Virus record (IMG/VR): IMGVR_UViG_3300039189_000053
Coordinates: 2,012-66,011 of that record
Reading direction: 5' to 3' (one strand)
DNA length: 64,000 bases
Origin: a virus
Taxonomy: Duplodnaviria; Caudoviricetes
Shown: in pieces, positions 1 to 9,696 of the stretch
Position numbering within the stretch: position 1 is the first letter of the stretch
Layout of the letters: the number at the start of each line of letters is the position of its first letter
The notes under the pieces: generated by a model
Database searches by the model: none
Seen by the model: only the letters and a program-made list of their open reading frames with translations
What the model was told of the DNA's origin: nothing
Program-made: the position numbers and the translations under genes

Positions 1-176
1 GCATTGGTGCTGCGGTACACGTTTGTATACGCCACCGCAAAACTGTTGAGTTCCGGGTAAGTCCAAAACACATCAATACCACCAAACGCCGGTACCGCAT
101 TCAATATCGAGTTATTTAAATCAGGATCACCAGGCTGGGGAAAGTTACCCGTACCTGTTCCACAAAAACTAGCCAT
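1..176 (-). CDS. Tail fibre / tail protein, N-terminal part (runs off the window edge)
   Basis: Hand translation MASFCGTGTGNFPQPGDPDLNNSILNAVPAFGGIDVFWTYP resembles N-termini of N4-like tail-fibre proteins; on the late (-) strand. Confidence 0.65.
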   Translation of the reverse strand, partial: MASFCGTGTGNFPQPGDPDLNNSILNAVPAFGGIDVFWTYPELNSFAVAYTNVYRSTN

Positions 177-279
177 AAATAAACCCCAAATTCCTAAGAA
201 TGGGAAAAATTGTACTGATAAAGTACGCGACTTTTCTTATTTATTAACCCAACCAAAAAACTAACAGGACTCTATTTGT

Positions 280-1008
280 ATGAAAGCCGAACTCATTGAC
301 CACATGGGAAATGATTTAACCGTCGTCAACGCAGCCAGAGTATCGTTCTCTGCTGTTTCAAATGAACTCAGTGGGAAAGACATTGGCCTGATTAACTTCC
401 TGGCCCGTGGTTGTATGTCTGGTGACTGGAACAACATGCTTGATGCTGTAGAAGCTGGTATGACAGTGACTGAAGCAGAGGACTTGCTGAAGCACGTCAA
501 GAACATGCCCACCCATTGGACACCGTTCTCCCACGCCATGATTACCATGCGGGAAACCGTTCCGATCTTCATTGCACGCCAGCGCTTCAAGCACACGATC
601 GGCTTCACGTACAACGAAGTAAGTCGTCGTTATGTGGATGATGCTCCGGAGTTTCATACTCCCAAAGAGTGGCGTTCTCGTCCTGTTGGAGGCATTAAAC
701 AGGGTAGTGATGGCGTGCATCCAGATAATGATTATTTTCGTAGTCAATACGCAAGCTTTTCCGAAGCAGCACACACTCTGTATGCCAGCCTGATTGAAGA
801 CGGTGTAGCACCGGAACAAGCCCGTATGGTTCTACCCCAATCTATGCTCACCACTTACTGGGTCACCGGTTCGTTGTATGCTTGGGCCAACGCCTACATT
901 CAAAGAAGCGATCCCCACGCTCAAGTTGAAATACAGCAACTCGCTGCTCAATGGGACACGATCATAAAACCCCTCTTTCCAGAATCATGGAAAGCTTTAA
1001 CAAAGTAA
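280..1008 (+). CDS. thyX: Flavin-dependent thymidylate synthase
   Basis: VVNAARVSF, HWTPFSH, ARQRFKH...NEVSRRY, APEQARMVLPQS and HAQVEI motifs; RBS AGGA. Confidence 0.95.
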   Translation: MKAELIDHMGNDLTVVNAARVSFSAVSNELSGKDIGLINFLARGCMSGDWNNMLDAVEAGMTVTEAEDLLKHVKNMPTHWTPFSHAMITMRETVPIFIARQRFKHTIGFTYNEVSRRYVDDAPEFHTPKEWRSRPVGGIKQGSDGVHPDNDYFRSQYASFSEAAHTLYASLIEDGVAPEQARMVLPQSMLTTYWVTGSLYAWANAYIQRSDPHAQVEIQQLAAQWDTIIKPLFPESWKALTK

Positions 1009-1101
1009 TCCTCACAATAGGTTTTCAAAGTCGGTAGCCTTACTTCCCCCTTGAGATCAAGTAGCACTGATCTCAAGTTACATTCTGCATTAGGAGCTTT
1101 A

Positions 1102-2121
1102 ATGTCTACACCCAAAGTAAAAACTCAAATACGCACAAAGAAGACCGCATACACAGTGGATTACCCACAAGCAATAGCCGCCGCAAGGCGTCAGTTCTCC
1201 ACTTTGTGGAGTGCTGAAGAACTTGGCGTAGAGAAAGACGAAAACGACATCCGAACCATGATTACTGACGGCGAGCGTCACGGCATGATCACCGTACTCA
1301 AACTGTTTACCCAGTATGAGTTGGAGATTGGTGCCGAGTTTTGGTCGGGTAAGTTCACTCGCTTGTTCCCGCGTCCTGACATTCAACGTGCGGCCAATGC
1401 TTTTGCGTTTACAGAGTTGAACAGTCACGCACCGTTCTACGATCTCATCAACAAAACGCTGAACCTGGCAACCGATGAGTTCTACGACTCGTGGAAAGAA
1501 GACCCCGTACTGGCGGACCGTATCAACTTTGTAGAGGAACACTTGGAAACCCAAGACCCTTACAAGTGCCTGGCTGCGTTCAGCTTTATGGAAGGCGCAG
1601 TACTGTATTCCAGTTTTGCTTACCTCAAGTCATTCAACGTTGGCGGTCACAATATGATCCCTCACGTTGCAGCCGGCATTGATGCGTCGTGCAAAGAAGA
1701 ACACAGCCACTTTCAATTCAGTTCATGGACGTATCGCCAGCTCATGCTGGAAGAGACCGACCTTGGCTTGATTGGTGATGACGAAAAGGCTCACATGGAA
1801 ACCATGTGTCTTGACATAGCCCGCACCGTTTATGAACACGAACGCCTCATTGTTGACAAGATTTTTGAGCAAGGCGGTATCCGTACCATCACCAAAGAAG
1901 AAATCATGCACTTCATACGCAACCGCGTTGACGTGGTGTTGCAAGGACTTCACTGCCCCAAACTGTTTAACGACGAAGACGGTGTGGTTACCGAATGGTT
2001 TTACGATGCCCTATCCACGTACAAGTACGCCGATTTCTTTGCCAACAATCAGATCCAGTACGTCCGTAACTGGAATAAATCCGATCTAGTATTTCAATCC
2101 AACGCACTGGAGATGGTATGA
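1102..2121 (+). CDS. nrdB: Class I ribonucleotide reductase beta subunit
   Basis: Di-iron ligand motifs ELNSH, EGAVLYSSF and EEHSH; Tyr in HAPFY; AGGAG RBS before ATG 1102. Confidence 0.93.
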   Translation: MSTPKVKTQIRTKKTAYTVDYPQAIAAARRQFSTLWSAEELGVEKDENDIRTMITDGERHGMITVLKLFTQYELEIGAEFWSGKFTRLFPRPDIQRAANAFAFTELNSHAPFYDLINKTLNLATDEFYDSWKEDPVLADRINFVEEHLETQDPYKCLAAFSFMEGAVLYSSFAYLKSFNVGGHNMIPHVAAGIDASCKEEHSHFQFSSWTYRQLMLEETDLGLIGDDEKAHMETMCLDIARTVYEHERLIVDKIFEQGGIRTITKEEIMHFIRNRVDVVLQGLHCPKLFNDEDGVVTEWFYDALSTYKYADFFANNQIQYVRNWNKSDLVFQSNALEMV

Positions 2122-3809
2122 GCGTAACGTACGAACAGTTAAGCGCAGAACGCAAAGCAGGACAGGCCACAGGCACTTTCCCTGACTGGTACACCACACA
2201 AGCTTACCAAATGTTCCAAGCCAAGTACGCAGTGCCTGGTGAGAGTGGTTTACGTGACCGTCATCAAACGATCGCAAACACTCTATCCAAGTACATGCCT
2301 AACGCAGAAGCCTGGTCCAAGAGCTTTATGGAGATCATGTGGAAGGGCTGGTTCAGTCCTGCGTCACCTGTTCTGGCCAACACAGGTACAGACCGTGGTT
2401 TGGTCGTGTCCTGTTCTGGACAATACATCGGTGACTCTGTGGACAGTTTTTACACAAACGTCCACGAAGCCGCCATGTTGTCTAAGATGGGCTTTGGTTG
2501 CTCGGGCTACTTTGGAGATGTACGTCCCAGAGGCACTGACATCAGCGTAGGAGGCAAAGCGTCTGGCGTTGTGCCGGTTATACAAGACTTCGCCACCATG
2601 GCGTCCAAGGTCTCTCAGGGCAGTCAGCGACGAGGTAGCTTTGCGTCTTACCTTCCCATCGACCATGGCGACTTTCACGAGCTACTGGAACTGATGGAAG
2701 CTGAACCAGATGGCCTTAACCTGGGCTGGAATGTCTCAGACGCCTTTGTTGAACGTTTGAAGACCGGTGACAAAGACGCCAACGCCCGTCTGATTGCGGC
2801 GCTGTACGCCAAGCTGGTGACCGGCCGCGGTTATTTCTTCAAACCTGACGAAGCCAACCGGCACCGGCCGCAGGTGTACAAAGACCTGGGCCTGGACATC
2901 AAAGCCTCTAACCTGTGCAGTGAAATCATGCTGCACTCGTCAGAAGACCTGACGTACACCTGTGTACTGTCTTCGATGAACCTGGCCAAGTGGGACGAAT
3001 GGAAAGATACGGACGCTGTGTACATCGCTACGGTCTTTCTCGACTGCGTTGTGTCGTACTTCATGGATCAGAGTGAAGGCATCCCAGGCCTTGAGAAAGC
3101 CCGCAAGTTTACCGAGAAAGGTCGAGCCATTGGTTTGGGTGTCATGGGCTTCGGTACTTACCTACAGAGCCAGATGATTCCGTTTGAGTCTGTGCAAGCT
3201 CACATGCTGAACAACAAGATCTTCAAGAAGCTCCACGATGAGTCTCTGCGGGCCACACAGTTCCTGGCACAGACACTGGGCGAACCAGAGTGGTTGGTAG
3301 GGTATGGTCAACGAAACACACACAGGACAGCTCTGGCGCCCACAAAGTCCACAGCGTTGCTGATGGGTGGCGTATCCGAATCGGTCTTCCCAGACCCAGG
3401 CATGGTGTTTGAAATGGGGTCGTCTGCCGGTGGCATGAAACGCATCTCCAGTGTGTTTTACAAACTCATGAAAGAACGCGGGCAATACAGCAAGGAAGCC
3501 ATTAAAGATATAAACCAGAACATCGGATCAGTGCAGCATCTGAGCTGGCTTACGGATGACGAAAAGATGGTGTTCAGAACATCCTTTGAAGTGGATCAGG
3601 AAACCATTTTACGCTACGCGAGTATGCGCCAAAAGTGGATATGCCAAGGTCAGAGCCTGAACTTCTTCGTGTCGGAAGACGGAGATGAGAAACGGATTGC
3701 ACGTCTGCATTCCAAAGCTCTACTCGATCCAAACATTCTGAGCCTCTATTACATCTACTCACGCAGTGGTGTGGTGATTAACGATGAGTGTGTGGCCTGT
3801 GCTGCCTAA
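2118..3809 (+). CDS. nrdA: Class I ribonucleotide reductase alpha subunit (short, no ATP cone)
   Basis: SPASPVLAN, VSCSG, SNLCSEI, ALAPT, QGQSLN and C-terminal CVAC; ATGA overlap with nrdB. Confidence 0.95.
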   Translation: MSVTYEQLSAERKAGQATGTFPDWYTTQAYQMFQAKYAVPGESGLRDRHQTIANTLSKYMPNAEAWSKSFMEIMWKGWFSPASPVLANTGTDRGLVVSCSGQYIGDSVDSFYTNVHEAAMLSKMGFGCSGYFGDVRPRGTDISVGGKASGVVPVIQDFATMASKVSQGSQRRGSFASYLPIDHGDFHELLELMEAEPDGLNLGWNVSDAFVERLKTGDKDANARLIAALYAKLVTGRGYFFKPDEANRHRPQVYKDLGLDIKASNLCSEIMLHSSEDLTYTCVLSSMNLAKWDEWKDTDAVYIATVFLDCVVSYFMDQSEGIPGLEKARKFTEKGRAIGLGVMGFGTYLQSQMIPFESVQAHMLNNKIFKKLHDESLRATQFLAQTLGEPEWLVGYGQRNTHRTALAPTKSTALLMGGVSESVFPDPGMVFEMGSSAGGMKRISSVFYKLMKERGQYSKEAIKDINQNIGSVQHLSWLTDDEKMVFRTSFEVDQETILRYASMRQKWICQGQSLNFFVSEDGDEKRIARLHSKALLDPNILSLYYIYSRSGVVINDECVACAA

Positions 3810-3910
3810 CCCCTGATGAGTAACCCCGTAGCGGATTAGGCGCCAGCCGGTTCCGCGTTCGGGGTTAATTTATACGTTAATACGTATATATTGTATTTAC
3901 ACACGACTTA

Positions 3911-3931
3911 CCCTACGCCCTACGCCCTACG
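3911..3931 (+). repeat. Tandem repeat (CCCTACG)x3 inside the inverted repeat CACGACTTACC/GGTAAGTCGTG (3902-3958)
   Basis: Read directly from the sequence. Confidence 0.9.
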
Positions 3932-3948
3932 GCTACGCCTCGGGCTCG

Positions 3949-4170
3949 GTAAGTCGTGCCAAGAAGTTCGCCCGGAACTACTTTGACGACGACCTGCAAA
4001 CCATGACGGATTGCCTCAAGGACTGCTACAACCTGCACAAGTGGGAAACCATCAAGCTCACCCTTGAACCCATCAACTTCACCGAAGCCATGAGTAAACA
4101 GGAATACACGGAAGTGGCCACCATGGGCGCTCAAGCCTGTGCTGGTGGTTCCTGTGAAGTGGGCTTCTAA
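3949..4170 (+). pseudogene. nrdJ: C-terminal remnant of a class II (B12-dependent, NrdJ-type) ribonucleotide reductase
   Basis: Hand translation VSRAKKFARNYFDDDLQTMTDCLKDCYNLHKWE...EVATMGAQACAGGSCEVGF*; the terminal ACAGGxCE motif is typical of monomeric class II RNR; no N-terminal part present. Confidence 0.7.
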
Positions 4171-4564
4171 AAGGGAAACCGTTTTCACCCCACGCCACGA
4201 GTACCAAGGAGATGAGCGTAGCGAATCGACGCCGGTGCGGCTGTGGCGATGGGGTGGAAAAAACAATCAATGCAATACGTAGACTACCTACATTGTTTAC
4301 ATACCCTTTTTCTATACACTCCCCCGCCTTTCGCCCCTTGCCGGGTACTGGCGCCACCTCGCTACGCTGCGGTGGCTTGTACCCACGGGGCTCAAGTCGG
4401 GACCACACTTTAATTTCACGCACCGTCGGTGCTCTGTGGTTTTAGAAAGATTCACTAAAGTTCACTGAAGGGAATCAGGTAAGCCGGACGGTCCCCGCCA
4501 GGGGATCGGTCGGGTTACCCTTCTATATTAGGACGCTTTCAGCAAACTAGCGTAAGAGGCTGTT

Positions 4565-4978
4565 TTGACAGGTAATATCCCACCAATTGACCAGATGCCT
4601 GCATTAAAGGCACAGCTTGGAAAAGCAAGATCTGATCGCGTGCGTTACGCCGGTCAAGCCAACCCCACACCTCCCATTCGGGGAGCCAGTGTGACCAACA
4701 CCGTGATTGAACCCATGCAGTGCATCACACCTCACAAACCGAGTTGCCGTGTCTCTGATGTTCTGACTGGAGTAGCTCGACTTGATAGCACTCGTATCCC
4801 TTTGAGCATCGCTCGATTGTTTACCATGTTCCAATGTGTCCCAGAATTAAATACGAGGGAAATCATGAAAATGACTGGTTTAAATAATCGCCAAGCTCAG
4901 CGATACATGCGTGCTGTTAAAATCGCTCTACCCCACCTTGAACAAATATTTGTGCACGATATAAATTGGTTTGATTAA
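4565..4978 (+). CDS. Putative HTH DNA-binding protein
   Basis: C-terminal LNTREIMKMTGLNNRQAQRYMRAV looks like an HTH; GAGG before a TTG start, start uncertain. Confidence 0.55.
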   Translation: MTGNIPPIDQMPALKAQLGKARSDRVRYAGQANPTPPIRGASVTNTVIEPMQCITPHKPSCRVSDVLTGVARLDSTRIPLSIARLFTMFQCVPELNTREIMKMTGLNNRQAQRYMRAVKIALPHLEQIFVHDINWFD

Positions 4979-5018
4979 ATAATCGACCCACTATCCATAA
5001 ATAACGTAAAAGGTAACT

Positions 5019-5411
5019 ATGAAATCCTGCAAGACGATTGGATGTCACGCTACATTGGATACCCACACTGAAACGGATTTCTGCAATCGTTGCTTAGGCA
5101 GACCCTCTGCCAACGACGAAACGGTTCCCACAAAAACCGTAAACCAAACTTCATCCGGTAGTGATAACGACTATTGGCTCACAAAGATTACACACCCCAA
5201 ACGACTCGATCCTTACAAGGCCGAGTGTGAAGATCTCATCGAACATTTCCAAATGAGTTTCCAAGAAGGCGAAGCCTTTAAAGCCCTGTGGCGCAACGGA
5301 CAGATGCGTATAGGTAACGGCAAACCAGGAGATTCACACCTGCGAAATGCTCAGAAAGTCCGACACTTCGGCACTCGCATGGAAGTCCTAGAAAAGCGAG
5401 CCCTTGAATGA
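5019..5411 (+). CDS. DUF3310-like phage protein with N-terminal Cys pairs
   Basis: SGSDNDYW...ECEDLIE...FQEGEAFKALWR pattern. Confidence 0.6.
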   Translation: MKSCKTIGCHATLDTHTETDFCNRCLGRPSANDETVPTKTVNQTSSGSDNDYWLTKITHPKRLDPYKAECEDLIEHFQMSFQEGEAFKALWRNGQMRIGNGKPGDSHLRNAQKVRHFGTRMEVLEKRALE

Positions 5412-5659
5412 CCCACCCCCAAGAGAAACGGGACTGGCTCAAAATAATCTATTTGTGGTGGTACAAGTATTTTCCCAGGTTCACAACCGGTCTTTACTTG
5501 TACACACCGCCTACCCGAAATAACCCTCCAAACTGGCAATTCATATTGCCCGGGGATGATGTGACTTTAAGAAAGGATCAGTACCTGGTTGAAGTCGAAT
5601 TCTTAAACCTTTTCGGGTTGCATCTTTGTGCCAAGTTCATTTGTAAATATCACCTTTAA
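5408..5659 (+). CDS. Hypothetical protein
   Basis: ATGA-coupled ORF. Confidence 0.55.
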   Translation: MTHPQEKRDWLKIIYLWWYKYFPRFTTGLYLYTPPTRNNPPNWQFILPGDDVTLRKDQYLVEVEFLNLFGLHLCAKFICKYHL

Positions 5660-5709
5660 TATAACGGGATTCCCCGTTATTTATTTACCCACAACACACA
5701 GGAACCGTT

Positions 5710-6684
5710 ATGCGTAAGTATCTCAACGGGTCAGACATATCCCTGTCGATGGCCGTATTCCTGGCTTACGACGGTTACGATTACGAAGACAACACCGTCT
5801 CAGCTACTGCACTACTCAAACCTATTCGCCAGTTGATTCTGGCATCGCGCGTTCCACCCAGCCAAGCTCTGGTCGACGTAAGCGGACTGGTCAAATCCCG
5901 CATGGGCTCGGCCATTCACGACGCCATCGAGAAAGTCTGGCTCAACCATAAAGACGCCGCTATGGCCGCGTTGGGTTTTCCGGAGCGTGTCATCAAACGT
6001 ATTCGGGTCAATCCCGATCCAGACACCGTGGCCGAAGACGAGATTCCGGTGTACCTGGAGCAGCGGTCATACCGCACGATCATGGGCTACAAGATCTCTG
6101 GCAAGTTTGACTTTGTCGGTGATGGCTTCGTCGAAGACTTCAAGTTTACCGGCACCTTCACCTACATCAACGGCACCAAAGATAAAGACAACCAGCTTCA
6201 GGGGTCTATCTATCGTTGGCTCAATCCCAAGATCGTCACCCAGGACGAGATCAAAGTGAACATGACGTTCTGGGACTTTCAGCCTGCCCGGGCCATGACC
6301 GATCCCAAGTACCCACCACAGCAGTCACTGACCAAGCGAATTCCTCTGCTGTCATTGGACGAAACTGAAGCGTTCATCCGGAACAAGCTGACGCTCATTC
6401 AAAAGTATGAGAATGCGCCGCAAGAAGAATTGCCGCTGTGTACTGACGATGAGCTCTGGCGAAAGGCTCCGCATTGGAAGTATTACAAAAACCCCGAAAA
6501 AATGAGCCGCTCTACCAAAAACTTCGATTCACGCCAGGAAGCCTACACCCGTCTTGCGACAGACGGTGGAAAGGGCACGGTAGTTGAACACCCTGGTGAA
6601 GTCATGGCTTGCAAATACTGTCCCGCGTTCCCGATCTGCACTCAAAAAGACGATTTGATTGCAGCCGGTTCACTAAAAATTTAA
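5710..6684 (+). CDS. PD-(D/E)XK / Cas4-like exonuclease (N4 gp42-like)
   Basis: SATALL, GSAIH, ISGKFD...EDFK, Q..IY and C-terminal CKYCPAFPIC; N4 gene order. Confidence 0.85.
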   Translation: MRKYLNGSDISLSMAVFLAYDGYDYEDNTVSATALLKPIRQLILASRVPPSQALVDVSGLVKSRMGSAIHDAIEKVWLNHKDAAMAALGFPERVIKRIRVNPDPDTVAEDEIPVYLEQRSYRTIMGYKISGKFDFVGDGFVEDFKFTGTFTYINGTKDKDNQLQGSIYRWLNPKIVTQDEIKVNMTFWDFQPARAMTDPKYPPQQSLTKRIPLLSLDETEAFIRNKLTLIQKYENAPQEELPLCTDDELWRKAPHWKYYKNPEKMSRSTKNFDSRQEAYTRLATDGGKGTVVEHPGEVMACKYCPAFPICTQKDDLIAAGSLKI

Positions 6685-6693
6685 GGAGCATGT

Positions 6694-8847
6694 ATGTCGA
6701 AACTCGACTATGCGAATTTTAAACACCACCCCATGGCCGAACAAATTGTTCAGGTCATGAAAGACCGGTCCCAATCTGACCAGTCGCTGTTTTTCAGATT
6801 GATGGTTGCCAACTACTTCGCCATGGCCGCAGCGTCTATGCGAACCATGATCACTATGCCTGAAGGCAACAAAGTTCCAGTCAACATGTACAGCCTCAAT
6901 CTGGCTCCCTCTAACTTTGGCAAGACTCGTGCTGCACGGATCATGACCAAAGAGGTGCTGGACCAGTTTGAAACCGTGTTTACTGAGCAAACGTTTCCAC
7001 TACTGGCAGAGCGCAGTATTCCAGCCATGGCTCTCAAACGAGCCCGTCGCCGTGCATCGGATCCAGATACTGAACTGCAAAACGTTCAGCGTGAGTTCGA
7101 ACGCACCGGTGAGTTGCTCTTCTGTTTTGACTCCGGCACGGCCCCAGGCGCCAAACAGCTACGGCACAAACTGCTAATGGCTAACGCTGGCGCCATGAAC
7201 CTGGTCGTCGACGAGGTTGGCCTTCACATGGGCAAAAACAACGAGCTGCTTGAAACGTTCATGGAGCTGTATGACGGCGAAGTGGGTAACACCTTGAACA
7301 AGAACACCCAAGACAACCCACGAAACCAGAACATCAAAGGCACCACGCCTTCCAACATGCTGCTGTTTGGTACGTCTAACAAACTGCTCGACGGCGGCAA
7401 GATGGAAGAAGATCTTATGTCTTTGCTGGCCAGCGGCTACGCACGTCGTTGCTTCTTTGCGTTCGTCAATGTCATGAACAAAGCCAACAGCATCACACCA
7501 GAAGAAGCTTTGGAGATGGCCAGGCGGTCAAACCAGAGCACTCTGCTGAGTGACTTGTCCGATCGTATGCTGAATCTGGCTGACCAGATTAACAACGGCC
7601 GCACGCTTATGATCCCGGACGACACAGCGTTGCTGATGTACGCCTACAAGCTGGATTGCGAAGAACGTGCTAACGAGCTCAAGACCGCCGAAGACATTCG
7701 ACGTACTGAGATGCAAAGCCGTTTCTTCAAAACCATCAAGCTTGCAGGTGTGTACGCCTTTGTTGATGAAGCTACTGAAATCACTGAGGATCATCTGAAG
7801 GCTGCTATCAAAGTCGCTGAAGAGTCTGGTGAGGCGTTCCGTGGATTGCTCAAACGTGACAAGCCCCACGTCAAACTGGCCAAGCACATTGCCGATCTCG
7901 GTGAAGACGTGACCCACGCTGACCTGACCGAAGAGTTGACGTTCTACCCTAAAGCGGCCAACACCCGCACCGATATGCTGAACCTGGCAATCTCCTGGGG
8001 CTACAAGAACAACATCATCATCAAACGGGCATTTAGTGACGGTATCGAGTTTCTGCGGGGTGAGTCCCTTAAAGAAACCGATCTGGAAAACATGCCAGTG
8101 TCTGTCTCCGATCAGCTTGCTCATGGCTATGAGAATCACAACGCGCCCTGGGACAAGATGCATAAAATGACTCAGGCCGATGGCCTGCACTGGATCAATC
8201 ATCACCTCACCAACGGTCACCGCCAGGAAGACAACGTCATTCCCGGCTTCAACATGATCGTACTGGACGTGGAAAACAGCGTGCCGATGCCCGTAGCTCA
8301 AAAGCTACTTCAGGATTATCAGGCCCTGTTTTACACCACCAAGCGTCACACCGCCTCCGAGCACCGTTACCGCATCCTGTTGCCGATCAACTACGAGCTC
8401 AAACTCGACAAAGACGACTACAAGGAATTCATGCGGAACCTGTTCGAGTGGTTGCCTTTTGAGGTTGACGAGCAGACCAACCAGCGTGCCAAAAAGTGGC
8501 TCAGCCACGAAGCTCACTATGAGTATCAAGATGGTGACCTGCTGGACATACTGCCATTCATTCCGAAAACCAAAAAGAACGAGCAGCGTCGAGAAGCCGC
8601 CAAGTCCCAGCAATCGCTGGATAACCTGGAACGCTGGTTTGTAAACAACACCGGTGACGGTAACCGCAATAACCAGATCATGCGTTACGCCATGATTCTG
8701 GTAGATGCCGGTAAATCCTATGACGAAGTTCGACTCAAAGTGATGGAGCTTAACGACAAGCTGCCTGACAACCTCGATGAGAACGAAATCATGGGCACCA
8801 TCATGGTCACTGTTGGCCGAGAGATGAGTAAGCGCCAAGCCGCATAA
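6694..8847 (+). CDS. Primase (N4 gp43-like)
   Basis: N-terminal P-loop APSNFGKT and VVDEVG; LDVE and YTTKRH...HRYRILLP; PriCT-like GNRNNQ; gene order. Confidence 0.85.
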   Translation: MSKLDYANFKHHPMAEQIVQVMKDRSQSDQSLFFRLMVANYFAMAAASMRTMITMPEGNKVPVNMYSLNLAPSNFGKTRAARIMTKEVLDQFETVFTEQTFPLLAERSIPAMALKRARRRASDPDTELQNVQREFERTGELLFCFDSGTAPGAKQLRHKLLMANAGAMNLVVDEVGLHMGKNNELLETFMELYDGEVGNTLNKNTQDNPRNQNIKGTTPSNMLLFGTSNKLLDGGKMEEDLMSLLASGYARRCFFAFVNVMNKANSITPEEALEMARRSNQSTLLSDLSDRMLNLADQINNGRTLMIPDDTALLMYAYKLDCEERANELKTAEDIRRTEMQSRFFKTIKLAGVYAFVDEATEITEDHLKAAIKVAEESGEAFRGLLKRDKPHVKLAKHIADLGEDVTHADLTEELTFYPKAANTRTDMLNLAISWGYKNNIIIKRAFSDGIEFLRGESLKETDLENMPVSVSDQLAHGYENHNAPWDKMHKMTQADGLHWINHHLTNGHRQEDNVIPGFNMIVLDVENSVPMPVAQKLLQDYQALFYTTKRHTASEHRYRILLPINYELKLDKDDYKEFMRNLFEWLPFEVDEQTNQRAKKWLSHEAHYEYQDGDLLDILPFIPKTKKNEQRREAAKSQQSLDNLERWFVNNTGDGNRNNQIMRYAMILVDAGKSYDEVRLKVMELNDKLPDNLDENEIMGTIMVTVGREMSKRQAA

Positions 8848-8905
8848 CCAAGTACAGGGAGCGTTGCCGCTCTCTGTGAATCCTTTAATTTCACTGGAAG
8901 GTTCT

Positions 8906-9634
8906 ATGACCACACAAGTAAACGATCACCTGGTCCTGCTCAACGGTCCATCAGCCGCGGGTAAATCTGCATCTTTGATGGGCATTGAGAAGCCAGAAGG
9001 CGTTTGGTACTTCAACACCGAGTCCGGTAAGAAGCTACCATTCCGCGCCAAATTCCGAGAGTTTGTCATCACCGATCCGCTGCAAGTCTATGAAGGCTTT
9101 GACGCAGCAGAAGAGGATCCAAACTGTCACACCATCGTGATCGACTCTCTCACTTACCTGCTGGATATGTACGAGTCTATGTACGTACTCAACTCCAGTA
9201 ACACCATGAAGGCTTGGGGCGACTTTGCTCAGTATTTCAAAAAGCTCATGCAGCATTACGTTGCCCGTTCAACCAAGAACGTGGTCTTCATTGCCCACAC
9301 ACTGGACACGTTAAACGAAGCCGAACAAATTCGTGAAACCAAAGTGCCCGTGAAAGGTTCATTGAAGAACAACGGCATCGAGTCGTACTTCACCTGCGTG
9401 ATCGGCGCCAAGAAGCGCAAGCTCAAAGATCTCGAGAAGTATGGATCGGATCTGCTCAACATCACCGATGAAGAAGAAGCACTCGGCTTCAAATACGTGT
9501 TCCAAACCAAGCTCACGAAGGAAACCGTCAACGAACGGCTTCGTGGACCGCTAGGCCTGTGGGACACCAAAGAAACCTTCATCGACAACAACATGCAGAC
9601 GGTGTTTAACCGCCTGAAAGAATACTACGCCTGA
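8906..9634 (+). CDS. Sak4-like AAA ATPase (N4 gp44-like)
   Basis: Walker A GPSAAGKS, Walker B IVIDS, FIAH; gene order. Confidence 0.85.
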   Translation: MTTQVNDHLVLLNGPSAAGKSASLMGIEKPEGVWYFNTESGKKLPFRAKFREFVITDPLQVYEGFDAAEEDPNCHTIVIDSLTYLLDMYESMYVLNSSNTMKAWGDFAQYFKKLMQHYVARSTKNVVFIAHTLDTLNEAEQIRETKVPVKGSLKNNGIESYFTCVIGAKKRKLKDLEKYGSDLLNITDEEEALGFKYVFQTKLTKETVNERLRGPLGLWDTKETFIDNNMQTVFNRLKEYYA

Positions 9635-9696
9635 ACCCAGGCGTAGCCTCAAACCAACAAACCCTCATTACAACTGAACCAATAAGGAACTCTATC

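Larger units (their letters stand above)
3822..4541. other. Hairpin-rich, mostly non-coding region; candidate origin or ssDNA signal
   Basis: Several long imperfect hairpins, GCGTAGC loops on opposite strands and AT-rich spacers (see findings). Confidence 0.45.

Noticed and set aside
5710-6684. CRISPR-Cas system from the Cas4-like nuclease
   Set aside because: No repeat-spacer array or other cas genes seen; this is a core N4 replication-module gene.
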